64,000 nucleotides of DNA from an uncultured Candidatus Saccharibacteria bacterium. Lineage in GTDB: Bacteria; Patescibacteriota; Doudnabacteria; UBA920. The translations under genes and the position numbers were made by a program. Location of the stretch: positions 4,245 to 68,244 of the forward strand of contig CAYSUI010000004.1 in assembly GCA_964434195.1 (NCBI GenBank), given 5' to 3'. Below the pieces are notes generated by a model. The model searched no databases, had not been told where the DNA came from, and saw nothing but the letters and a program-made list of their open reading frames with translations. Positions 44,264-53,420 of the stretch are shown here, piece after piece; the first letter of the stretch is position 1, and every line of letters begins with the position of its first letter.

Positions 44264-46168
44264 TTAAGAATATAAAGAGAATCCAGAAGTTATCTCTGAA
44301 ACCTTTTTCTTAGATCCAAAAACTAAAACTCCTAATAATTCTATATCTTTAAATTCCTTTGTGTTTATTTCTTTCATTACTTTTTTATCATCGCTGGAAT
44401 TTATCATTTCTCTAGTAAAAACTTCTGTATGCAATTTTAATTCAACTGCTTTTTCCAATAACTCACCAAGCTCACCTCCCGAATTAGCGCTCTTTATCAT
44501 AATTGCATGACTAGTATTCATTTTTACATCTTTTCCGTCCTTAGAGTGGGTAGAGTCAGAATAAAACAATTTCTTACCCATTCTTGCCCCGTAGGCAGCA
44601 TTTAAATGTGCGACCGTATTTAACTCTTGCCATTTTTCTAAATTGGATGAATTATTAACCACCACTACAGCCAAAGAAGTTTCTTTCTCATTTTTTTGAA
44701 CACTTCCAGAATCTTCCTCTTTCATCAAAGGAAAAATCTGTGTTTCTCTTACAGATTTGTCCATGAGCAAAGCAAACAATCTCTCACTTACACCAAATCC
44801 GGCTGCTGGTGGCATACCGTATTCCATAGCTTCTACATAACCCTCATCAAACATCTGAGCTTCACTATCACCAGCTTCTCTTAACTTAGCTTGTTCAGCA
44901 AATCTCTGTCTCTGGTCTATTGGATCATTTAATTCCCCAAATCCTTTACCCAATTCAGTACCATAGGCAACAACCTGTGCCCTCAAAACAAGCTTTGGAT
45001 TCTTTGGGTCCTTCTTAGCCAAAGGCTCTAGCTCAATAGGTTGATCTATCAAGAAAAATGGCTTGTCTCCAGGAATTTGTTTTCTAAATTTTTTAAAAAT
45101 TACATCTATAAGCCTGCCTCTCTGAGCAAAATCTTCATACAGAATTGAATTTGAATCTGCATAACCTTTTAAATCTTCATCTGAACAACTAAGCAAATCC
45201 AAGCCAGTATATTCTTTGAATACCTGTACATAACTAACCCTAGGCCACTCTCCACTCCAGTCCACAGTTTTCCCTCTAGAGGTTATTATCAGCGTCCCAA
45301 AGGTCTCTTTTATTACGTACTGATACATTTCCTGCCAAAATTTCAAAAGCCCTTCAAAGTCCCCATATGCCCAGTAAAACTCCATTTGCGTGTAATCTTG
45401 CAAATGCTCGGTAGAGATACCTTCATTTCTAAAAATTCTCCCTATTTCAAATACTTTCTCGTACCCTGCCACTAACATTTTCTTCAAAGGCAATTCAAGT
45501 GAAATTCGTAAATAAAAATCACGATCAAGTGCATTGTGGTGCGTGATGAATGGGTCCGCTTCTGCACCTCCAGGTATACCTTCTAAAATTGGCATCTCTA
45601 CTTCCAAAAACCCTCTTTGTTCTAAAAAAGTTCTAAATGCTTGCCAAAATTTATTCTTCTTAACGAATATCTCTTTAACCTCAGGATCAAGTAAAATATC
45701 CAGATATCTTTTTCTTAGTTTTAGTTCGGTATCCTCAATCCCAAAATGCTCGCTCGGCAAAGGCAATATAGCTTTTGCTAGCATACGGAAAGCTGTAACT
45801 TGCAAAGTCTTTTCACCAGTTTTAGTTAGAAACAACTTACCAGTAAATTCAGCAAAGTCACCTATATCAAAATGCTTTTTGAAAAATCTTAATTCATCAA
45901 TACCAACAAACTCATCCTTAAGCAAAACCTGAATTCGAGCAGTCCCGTCTTCGACATGTGCAAAAAAGATCTTTCCCATATCACGCTCAGATCTAATTCT
46001 GCCAACTATAATAATTTCTGCTTCTGTAAGCTCAGAAAATCTTTCTAAAACTTCTTTATTACTGTGTGTTCTATTAACCGAAGAAGGATATGCGTATATA
46101 CCCTGCGTTTCCAGGTCGGCAATTTTATCTTTTCGTATTTGAACAATGTCTTGCAGTCTGTCTTGCAT
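44264..46168 (-). CDS. lysS: lysine--tRNA ligase (class II) with a ~150-aa C-terminal extension resembling the PTH2 peptidyl-tRNA hydrolase fold
   Basis: The N-terminal OB anticodon-binding domain and class II catalytic core end at ...ETQIFPLMK. About 150 extra residues follow (LAVVVVNNSS...VAHLNAAYGA...IMIKSANSGGELGELLEKAVE...LGVLVFGSKKKVSEITSG), co-linear with the PTH2 family. This match is from memory. Confidence 0.85.
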   Translation of the reverse strand: MQDRLQDIVQIRKDKIADLETQGIYAYPSSVNRTHSNKEVLERFSELTEAEIIIVGRIRSERDMGKIFFAHVEDGTARIQVLLKDEFVGIDELRFFKKHFDIGDFAEFTGKLFLTKTGEKTLQVTAFRMLAKAILPLPSEHFGIEDTELKLRKRYLDILLDPEVKEIFVKKNKFWQAFRTFLEQRGFLEVEMPILEGIPGGAEADPFITHHNALDRDFYLRISLELPLKKMLVAGYEKVFEIGRIFRNEGISTEHLQDYTQMEFYWAYGDFEGLLKFWQEMYQYVIKETFGTLIITSRGKTVDWSGEWPRVSYVQVFKEYTGLDLLSCSDEDLKGYADSNSILYEDFAQRGRLIDVIFKKFRKQIPGDKPFFLIDQPIELEPLAKKDPKNPKLVLRAQVVAYGTELGKGFGELNDPIDQRQRFAEQAKLREAGDSEAQMFDEGYVEAMEYGMPPAAGFGVSERLFALLMDKSVRETQIFPLMKEEDSGSVQKNEKETSLAVVVVNNSSNLEKWQELNTVAHLNAAYGARMGKKLFYSDSTHSKDGKDVKMNTSHAIMIKSANSGGELGELLEKAVELKLHTEVFTREMINSSDDKKVMKEINTKEFKDIELLGVLVFGSKKKVSEITSGFSLYS

Positions 46169-46288
46169 AAAAAAATTATAAATATTTCATTTATTTTAAC
46201 AGATAATCCACAGTATTGACAAAAATAAAAAAATTCAGTGAAATAAAAAATCTTTTTGTCAAACCCATAACCCTAACAGGAGGTTAGA

Positions 46289-47083
46289 ATGCCAACTATT
46301 GTATTCATTGCAATGCTAATTGCTTTGGTAATTTTGCATGAGCTCGAACATGCAAAAGAAATGCGTAAAAGGGGAGTGGAAATTCAAAGCGCAGGCTTTG
46401 AAATACCCATAATCACACTTTTCACAATACATAAACCCTGGTTCTTCTCGGGAATCCCTTTCAAATTTAGCCCTTTTCCCTACCTTGCGTACGTCTTACC
46501 CAGTGAAAAGGGAATCGAGACAATTAAAAAACTCCCCTACCGTGATATGGCAATGATCTACGGCGCAGGCCCATGGGGAAGTTTTTTCTACCCATTACCG
46601 ATCCTAATGGTTATTTCCATTTTCCAGCAAGAATTTATGATGGCGCTATTATATGCTGCGCTAATACCCGCTCTCTGGTTCGGCAAAAACATATTTTGCA
46701 AATACGGCGTACTGATAATAGGATCAATCTTCACCGTTCTATTTGCGGTGTATATCTACAAAACCGGTTTAAGCAATCTAGTTTCTGCTGACGCAGGCCA
46801 CAGTACGCCTGCAAACATAAACAGAGCAACGGAAAAAATGACAGTGATAACAGCCATTGCAGGTGCATGCGATGCATCATTTTGTCTGGCTGCACTTAAC
46901 TGCATCCTATCAATACCACTCGACGGTGGGAGAGTTTTCAAGGCCTTCTTACATGCAATAAATAGCCCTAAATGGATAACGGTAACACTAAGCACTATCC
47001 CCGCTTTTCTGATTATTTCATTTTTATTAATGAACATAGGCTCAGACCTAATTGGAACAATTAAATGGTTTATGAGCCGCTAA
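46289..47083 (+). CDS. membrane metalloprotease, peptidase M50-like (HExxH ... LDGG)
   Basis: HELEHA at the N-terminus and PLDGGRV near the C-terminus. Multi-pass. The 3' half is notably more GC-rich than the 5' half. Confidence 0.55.
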   Translation: MPTIVFIAMLIALVILHELEHAKEMRKRGVEIQSAGFEIPIITLFTIHKPWFFSGIPFKFSPFPYLAYVLPSEKGIETIKKLPYRDMAMIYGAGPWGSFFYPLPILMVISIFQQEFMMALLYAALIPALWFGKNIFCKYGVLIIGSIFTVLFAVYIYKTGLSNLVSADAGHSTPANINRATEKMTVITAIAGACDASFCLAALNCILSIPLDGGRVFKAFLHAINSPKWITVTLSTIPAFLIISFLLMNIGSDLIGTIKWFMSR

Positions 47084-47086
47084 ACC

Positions 47087-47116
47087 AAACGTGTCTTATC
47101 AACACGTTTTTTTATT
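47087..47116 (+). terminator. intrinsic terminator of the M50-like gene
   Basis: AAACGUGU-cuuauca-ACACGUUU followed by U7. Confidence 0.55.
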
Positions 47117-47304
47117 TCAAAGCACAATTGACACGAAAAGCGGTAATAAAGTAAATCCTAAAACTAAGCGGGTGAAGCCATCACAAAATAACCGGAAGAG
47201 AAAAATTCGGATTAATCTCATAGCGAGCACAAAAAATGAATGCCAATTAGGTCTTACAAGTAGCAAGCTACCCGGAAAACTCGGTCAACACCTTTCAGTA
47301 AACA

Positions 47305-47350
47305 AATTCAATAAAACGCACCACTCGAAAGTGATGCGTCTTCATTTTCT
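47305..47350. terminator. bidirectional hairpin at the greA 3' end
   Basis: ACGCACCACU-cgaa-AGUGAUGCGU (9 of 10 bp) with U-rich tracts on both sides. Confidence 0.45.
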
Positions 47351-47810
47351 AAGCTATTTCTACTATCTCATACTCCATAGGACCAGCTGGTGCTTGAACT
47401 GTAAATTTATCTCCGAGTTTTTTCCCTAAAAGAGACTTCCCTACCAAAGACTCATTAGAAATTTTACCTTCTCCAGGATTAGCTTCATTACTTCCAACGA
47501 TACTATAAGTTCTTTTTTGATCGTTTACCTTTACAGTTACGGTTGAACCTATCGTTACGGTATTGTGCTGAGTAGCAGCTGTAATTATTTCAGCATTCTT
47601 AATCATCTCCTCTATCTCTTGAATCCTACCTTCTATAAAAGATTGCTCTTCTCTCGCTTGTGCATAATCAGCATTTTCAGACAAATCACCATGAGCCGCT
47701 GCCTCTCTAATTCTTTCTATGACTTCTTTACGTTTCTCATTTATAAGAAACTTCAACTCTTCATTTAATTTTGCCAGACCCTCATGGGTCAATAAATACT
47801 TTTTGCTCAT
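47349..47810 (-). CDS. greA: transcription elongation factor GreA
   Basis: N-terminal coiled coil with the conserved acidic tip (GDLSENADY) and the FKBP-like C-terminus. Confidence 0.85.
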   Translation of the reverse strand: MSKKYLLTHEGLAKLNEELKFLINEKRKEVIERIREAAAHGDLSENADYAQAREEQSFIEGRIQEIEEMIKNAEIITAATQHNTVTIGSTVTVKVNDQKRTYSIVGSNEANPGEGKISNESLVGKSLLGKKLGDKFTVQAPAGPMEYEIVEIA

Positions 47811-47883
47811 TTATAATATTGAAAAATAATGCCCTAACTATACCAAAAACCCTTGTCCAAGTCAATGTTCTTTTCTTAATTTG

Positions 47884-48012
47884 GCTCGATTCCAAATTTT
47901 AAGAGCAGTTTCACCGATTTTCGAGTACGACCCTGGGGTGTCTATGATTAGGACCATTAAGGGACGCGCAAAGAAAATCGCTGAAAATGCGCCAAAATAT
48001 TCAACCCCTCAC
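47884..48012. repeat. dispersed intergenic repeat, copy C
   Basis: GCTCGATTCCAAATTTTAAGAGCAGTTTCACCGATTTTCGAGTACGACCCTGGGG...GGGACGCGCAAAGAAAATCGCTGAAAATGCGCCAAAATATTCAACCCCTCAC. Confidence 0.65.
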
Positions 48013-48026
48013 TTTACAAATTAATC

Positions 48027-48854
48027 CTAGCTCCCGCCTGCTACCTTTAAAACATTTTTATACAACATAGCCACAGTCACAGGCCCAACCCCACCAGGTA
48101 CCGGGGAAACAAAACTGGCAACTTTAGAAACACTATCTGTATCTATGTCCCCGACTATTTGACCAGCAGACTCAGCTGTACCTGCATCTATTACTATAGC
48201 CCCCTGCTTTATCATCTCACCCGTAATAAATTTAGGCTTCCCTGTCCCACTAATAATAACGTCTGCTTCCTTTATTTTCTCATTCGGATTCTCAGAAGAA
48301 GTATCTAATACCGTATACGGAAGCCCTCTTAGCTCCAACAATCTAGCAACAGGCCTGCCTACTAACTGACCTTTTCCTATTACCAATATATTCTTTTTCT
48401 CTAACGCAACACCTGTACTGTTCAAAATTTCCATAACTGCTGCTGCAGTCGGCGGTGTCAAAATGAAATTATTATTAGAATAAAACAACTCACTACCCTG
48501 ACTACTCACAACATCAACATCTAAACCAATTGGCAAAGCGCTTAATACCAAACTCGTATCTATGCCTTTAGGTAATGGTAACTGAACAATTATCCCCGAT
48601 ACCTTGGCAAGATGAGACAATCTTTCTAATTCATTTATTATTTTATTAACATCCGAATCTGCTGGTAGCTTACTAACTATGAATTCTACGCCGATCCTCT
48701 GGGCAACTTTTTGCTTTACTCCTACGTACTGCATACTTACTGGATCTTCGCCGACTACTAAGTCTGCAAACACAGGTATAAAAGGGAGATTTTTTACCTT
48801 TTTGGTCAAGTCATTATATATAGCTTCTGCAATTTTTACCCCATCAATTAACAT
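48027..48854 (-). CDS. folD: bifunctional 5,10-methylene-THF dehydrogenase / methenyl-THF cyclohydrolase
   Basis: Typical FolD length and motifs (ILVIGKGQLVGRPV, GGVGPVTVAML). Confidence 0.85.
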   Translation of the reverse strand: MLIDGVKIAEAIYNDLTKKVKNLPFIPVFADLVVGEDPVSMQYVGVKQKVAQRIGVEFIVSKLPADSDVNKIINELERLSHLAKVSGIIVQLPLPKGIDTSLVLSALPIGLDVDVVSSQGSELFYSNNNFILTPPTAAAVMEILNSTGVALEKKNILVIGKGQLVGRPVARLLELRGLPYTVLDTSSENPNEKIKEADVIISGTGKPKFITGEMIKQGAIVIDAGTAESAGQIVGDIDTDSVSKVASFVSPVPGGVGPVTVAMLYKNVLKVAGGS

Positions 48855-48942
48855 AATAGTAGCTCTTAAAGTTAATAAAATTTGTAAAGTTCATAAAGTT
48901 AAACTCAAAAAAATACTTTCTACTTTATAAACTTCATACACG

Positions 48943-50907
48943 CTACTTTCGGTAGCGGTGTTCTGCCCACCATGCCAATACCTTATTCGCAATCGGCACC
49001 GCAGCAGCATTACCTTCCCCACCTGCCTCTACTAATACAGTAACAACTATCTGAGGATTTTCATATGGCGCATAAGCAGTAAACCAAGCATGTGTTTTTT
49101 TAGGATCACTCCCATCAAACTGAGATGTTCCTGTTTTACCTGCACTGGTAATTGGGAGACTTAGTAATTGCCTACCAGAACCATAAAGAACTGTCTCTCT
49201 CATCCCCCCTTGCACTATAGCCAAATTTTTATCACTTCCCACTTTAGGAATAAGTACCTGCTCTTTACTCTCAAAAACCACTTTACCAGAGCCGTCCTTA
49301 ACCGAATTTAACAGTCTAGGCTTCATTCCGACTCCGTTATTTGCAATTGTAGCAGTCCAAGAAGCAACCTGCAGAGGAGTCACAAGCATATCACCCTGTC
49401 CTATACCTACGTGATATGTATCTCCTAAATACCACCTCGAAAGTATATTATCTCCTGCAAAATATTTTGCTTTCCAATCAGGATCAGCGACCACACCACT
49501 TTTCTCTCCTGGAATATCTATACCAGTAGGTTTACCTAAATAAAATTTTCTATACCATTTTGAAAGCTTCTCTATACCCAAAGGGGTTACAGGGGAACTT
49601 GGATGACCGCCTGTAACCACATAAAAGTAAATATCACTAGAGACAGCGATTGCTTTTGCAACATTTACAGGACCCAAACCATCTCTTTTCCAACCTACGA
49701 AGTCATAAGAAATAGCCGGATTATACTGGTTAGGAATCACCAATTTTCCATTATCGACTACAATCGTATTTTCTTTTACGCTTCCCTCCTCAAGTGCTGC
49801 TAGGCCAACCATAGGTTTTACAGTCGAACCTGGTGGATAAATACCTGCTACCACACGGTTAAACAATGGTAAATTTTTATCCTCTAACAAATTCCTATAA
49901 TCCTGATTAGAAATCCCTCTTGAGAATAAATTTGTGTTATATCCAGGTAAACTCAAAAATGCCAACACCTCACCATTTCTCGGATCCATTGCGACCACAG
50001 CTCCTTTAGTGCCAGCTATCCCTACTGAAAAATATTTATATATTTCATCCTGCAGGTCTTTATCTATATTTAGTACTAGAGTATTCCCAACCTTAGGCTC
50101 AACTTCACCTATCACTTTCATCAATTTACCAGTAGCATCTACTTCTATCTCTTGTCTACCATTTTGCCCCTTCAAAAATCTCTCATACTGACTCTCAATT
50201 CCGCTTTTACCTACAACATCAGAGAGCTCATACCCTTGCCCAAACTTTCCCAACTCACTCTCAGAAATTATACTTGTATAACCTAACAAATGAGAATATA
50301 TCTGCGGTTCTACGTAATCCCTAACAGGGACAGTTATTATGGTGATACCAGGAAAATTTGCAGCTTTTGTTTCAAAAAGAATTCTATCCTTTTCATCTAA
50401 ATTAGCTTTGATAAGTATTGGTTGAAAAGACTTTCTATTAGCATTTTGTATAGTTTTTGTAATCTCGGCACTATCCAATTTCAACGTTGAAGCAAGCGAT
50501 TCTATAGTCTGCGATAAACCTTCCTGTGGTAAGTCGAATGGAATCGCAACTAAATTAAAACTTGCTCCATTATAAGTGAGATTGCTACCATACCTATCAA
50601 CTATCAAGCCCCTTGGTGCAGGCAAGCTCAACTTGCGGGTTCTATTCCCTTCGGCACGATTCGAAAGAGATTCGCCTTTTACAACTTGTAAATAAGATAA
50701 CCTTGCGAATAATAAAACAAAACCCAAAACAATAACCGGTTTCAGCCATTTTATATCTAAAGCCGTATCCGCTTGTGAAGACTGTTCATCAACGTCACTA
50801 TTAGAATCCGCAATAGCCTCGTCCCACTCTAAACCCTTACCATGTTTAATTTCCGTACTTGGACGGTCGTCAAATGGATTATGTAGTTTTCTAACTTTTC
50901 TTATCAT
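48943..50907 (-). CDS. mrdA: penicillin-binding protein 2 (peptidoglycan D,D-transpeptidase)
   Basis: N-terminal TM, dimerisation domain, and transpeptidase motifs STVKP, SSD-like and KTGT. Co-directional with mreBCD. Confidence 0.8.
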   Translation of the reverse strand: MIRKVRKLHNPFDDRPSTEIKHGKGLEWDEAIADSNSDVDEQSSQADTALDIKWLKPVIVLGFVLLFARLSYLQVVKGESLSNRAEGNRTRKLSLPAPRGLIVDRYGSNLTYNGASFNLVAIPFDLPQEGLSQTIESLASTLKLDSAEITKTIQNANRKSFQPILIKANLDEKDRILFETKAANFPGITIITVPVRDYVEPQIYSHLLGYTSIISESELGKFGQGYELSDVVGKSGIESQYERFLKGQNGRQEIEVDATGKLMKVIGEVEPKVGNTLVLNIDKDLQDEIYKYFSVGIAGTKGAVVAMDPRNGEVLAFLSLPGYNTNLFSRGISNQDYRNLLEDKNLPLFNRVVAGIYPPGSTVKPMVGLAALEEGSVKENTIVVDNGKLVIPNQYNPAISYDFVGWKRDGLGPVNVAKAIAVSSDIYFYVVTGGHPSSPVTPLGIEKLSKWYRKFYLGKPTGIDIPGEKSGVVADPDWKAKYFAGDNILSRWYLGDTYHVGIGQGDMLVTPLQVASWTATIANNGVGMKPRLLNSVKDGSGKVVFESKEQVLIPKVGSDKNLAIVQGGMRETVLYGSGRQLLSLPITSAGKTGTSQFDGSDPKKTHAWFTAYAPYENPQIVVTVLVEAGGEGNAAAVPIANKVLAWWAEHRYRK

Positions 50908-50911
50908 AATT

Positions 50912-51436
50912 CTAAAGCAACCTTCTACTATGCCTCAGCTTAGTGATAATATTATTGACATTGTTCTCTAAAAAATATATTGGAAAAAGCAAGATTAAGT
51001 TACATATTAACCTAATAAAAATTTCTTTAAGTGTGGGAAATCCAAGCCCTATAGCCCCACCAATCTTTAACCAATAAAACACCTGATTATATAAGTATAC
51101 CCAAAAAGGCAAAACAATAGTAACCGAAGAAACTGACAGTAAAAGATAACCAATAGGATTTTGATTAAAAATTACCTTATCAAATATCAACCTAATTAAA
51201 AATACTAAAAGGATATATGCTAAAAGGTAAGTTCCTGGGAAGGCATTTACCGTAAAATCCATATAAACACCTGCTAAAACGGCGAAAAAATAATAACCCT
51301 CCTCATTATTAGTTACCAATACCAACAAAAACAATAAGAGTAAATCATGCATTCCAAAAAATGGTAAATAGGTAAACATACCAAAATTTAGACCTAACAA
51401 TACAATAATTACTAAAATGTATAAAAAATATCTCAA
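50912..51436 (-). CDS. mreD: rod shape-determining protein MreD
   Basis: 174 aa, 5 TM. Lies immediately downstream of mreC. Confidence 0.55.
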   Translation of the reverse strand: MRYFLYILVIIVLLGLNFGMFTYLPFFGMHDLLLLFLLVLVTNNEEGYYFFAVLAGVYMDFTVNAFPGTYLLAYILLVFLIRLIFDKVIFNQNPIGYLLLSVSSVTIVLPFWVYLYNQVFYWLKIGGAIGLGFPTLKEIFIRLICNLILLFPIYFLENNVNNIITKLRHSRRLL

Positions 51437-51441
51437 TATTA

Positions 51442-52239
51442 TTACTTAACAATAAAAACATAATTAAGTGTTCTGAAAACTAATGGACTAATTACAGTAG
51501 TTTTTTTGAACAATTCATTATCTTGAGTAATCACTTTATCAACCTCGCCAATTACTAATCCTGCTGGAATCAAACTATTAACACCTGCCGTAACAACTAG
51601 ATCTCCTTTATTAAAATCACTTGTCTGAGAAAGTGACTCAAATACTAATCCTGAAGCAAAAGAACCTCTTACCAACCCTAGACTACCGCTTCTGGAAATT
51701 TTACCATCTATAGTACTGTTCGGATTTGTTACAAACTCTGCAGTACTAGTCTGATTACCAACATATATTAATCTCCCAGCTACATGAGAATTTGATAACA
51801 CAGCCATCCCCTGACTTAACCCCTTATTTTTACCACAGTTAATTACAAAAGTATTCGTTATACCTTGAGGATCATAAGACAATACCGTACATCTAATTAG
51901 CTCATATTTACTCGCTTTAGCAAAACCCAATTCAGATAACAATAGCTGATTCTCACTCCGGAGCTGATCAACAGACACAACCTGTTGCTCTAATTCCTTT
52001 ATCCTTTCACTCAATCTGACATTTTCGTTTGCTATTTCTTTTAATGCCGAGACAGTTGAAAAAAAATCCCTTATTGGACCGACTATCCCCCTTAACACGT
52101 ATGTGACAGGTTTTGGAGCCTCTAACATAATTCTTTTAATTGGATCAACAAAACCCTTTGTTTGAAGAAATACAAATACGGCAGATATTGTTAAAATTGC
52201 AAAAAATACCCCAAACGCTCTTGTATAAATAAATCTCAT
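51442..52239 (-). CDS. mreC: rod shape-determining protein MreC
   Basis: N-terminal TM, coiled coil (LSERIKELEQQVVS), and C-terminal beta domains. Confidence 0.7.
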   Translation of the reverse strand: MRFIYTRAFGVFFAILTISAVFVFLQTKGFVDPIKRIMLEAPKPVTYVLRGIVGPIRDFFSTVSALKEIANENVRLSERIKELEQQVVSVDQLRSENQLLLSELGFAKASKYELIRCTVLSYDPQGITNTFVINCGKNKGLSQGMAVLSNSHVAGRLIYVGNQTSTAEFVTNPNSTIDGKISRSGSLGLVRGSFASGLVFESLSQTSDFNKGDLVVTAGVNSLIPAGLVIGEVDKVITQDNELFKKTTVISPLVFRTLNYVFIVK

Positions 52240-52243
52240 AATT

Positions 52244-53320
52244 TTATTGCCTCAAACTCTTATCAAATTGCGTTGGAAGCAATACATCTTTCAGAGCCTC
52301 TAAGTCCTCTACTACCACACCCGTACCCCTAACCACACAAGTCAAAGGGTCATCAGCAACAGTGACCGGAATTTGCGTTGCTTCAGAAATAAGTCTATCC
52401 AACCCACGAAGACCCGCACCCCCTCCAGCCAAAACGATACCTTTGTGCATAATGTCGGAAATAATTTCTGGAGGGATCTCCTCTACCACATCTTTGATTG
52501 TATTAACAATCATTTTAACAGATGGAGCCAAACTCTCCCTGACATCCGCATCACTTACCTGTAATTCCTTAGGCAAGCCAGACACCAAATCCCTCCCTCG
52601 CATATTTACAAAAATAGTTTCAGGAATCGGATAAGCACTCCCAGCTTTTATTTTCATCTCCTCTGCTGTTCTCTCGCCAATAACTAAACCCATACGCTCT
52701 CTAGCGTACTGTATAATATTTTCATTCATCTTATCGCCTGCGACCCTTAGACTTCTAGCTATCACCACGCCACCCAAACTAATAACCGCTATCTCAGTCG
52801 TCCCACCACCAATATCTACTATCATCGAACCTTGCGCATCCTGCACCGGAAGCCTAGCCCCAATTGCAGCAGCCATTGGCTCTTCTATCAAATAAGCCTG
52901 ACGTGCACCTGCATTTTGAGCAGCATCTTGAACTGCCCTTTTTTCTACCTCTGTTACACCTGATGGAATGCCTATTACTACCCTAGGTCTTCTTAAAAAA
53001 GTATAAGTTTTATTATGCACCTTATCTATAAAATACCTAAGCATTTGTTCTGTTATTTCAAAATCAGAAATAACCCCATCTACTAGAGGTCTCGTAGCAA
53101 CTATATGCGTTGGGGTTCTACCTACCATTCTCTGTGCCTCGCTACCTATAGCTACTATCTGTTTTGTTCTCTGATTAATAGCTACAACCGAAGGCTCATT
53201 GATAACAATACCCTTGCCTTTTACATAGACAAGAGTATTTGCAGTACCAAGATCTATACCTATATCCTTCGAAAATTGTTTAAACAAAAACTCAAACACG
53301 ATTGTAAATTTAAAAGTCAA
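52244..53320 (-). CDS. mreB: rod shape-determining protein MreB (actin homologue)
   Basis: DIGIDLGTANTLVYVKGKGIVINEPSVVAI. The true start may be the TTG about 11 codons downstream of the track's ATG. Confidence 0.9.
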   Translation of the reverse strand: MTFKFTIVFEFLFKQFSKDIGIDLGTANTLVYVKGKGIVINEPSVVAINQRTKQIVAIGSEAQRMVGRTPTHIVATRPLVDGVISDFEITEQMLRYFIDKVHNKTYTFLRRPRVVIGIPSGVTEVEKRAVQDAAQNAGARQAYLIEEPMAAAIGARLPVQDAQGSMIVDIGGGTTEIAVISLGGVVIARSLRVAGDKMNENIIQYARERMGLVIGERTAEEMKIKAGSAYPIPETIFVNMRGRDLVSGLPKELQVSDADVRESLAPSVKMIVNTIKDVVEEIPPEIISDIMHKGIVLAGGGAGLRGLDRLISEATQIPVTVADDPLTCVVRGTGVVVEDLEALKDVLLPTQFDKSLRQ

Positions 53321-53420
53321 AAATCAAAAGTCAAAATTGTAATTCAAAATTCAAAAGTAAATACCAAATTTTGAGTTTTTACTTTAAATTTTGAATTTTT
53401 ATTTTTGAATTTTGAATTAC
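53300..53420 (-). terminator. long AT-rich hairpin and U-rich tract after proS, in the mreB upstream region
   Basis: GUAAUUCAAAAUUCAAAA (53339-53356) pairs with UUUUGAAUUUUGAAUUAC (53403-53420). On the minus strand it is followed by AAUUUUGACUUUUGAUUUUUGACUUUU. Confidence 0.45.

Noticed and set aside
47091-47429. 112-aa plus-strand ORF across the protease-greA spacer
   Set aside because: It overlaps the greA 3' end and has a basic low-complexity product with no RBS. The region is better explained as a non-coding spacer with terminators.
53287-53320. Alternative MreB start
   Set aside because: The track's ATG at 53320 adds 11 atypical residues (MTFKFTIVFEF) before the conserved N-terminus. 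A TTG about 33 nt downstream may be the true start. This was not changed, for lack of an RBS difference.
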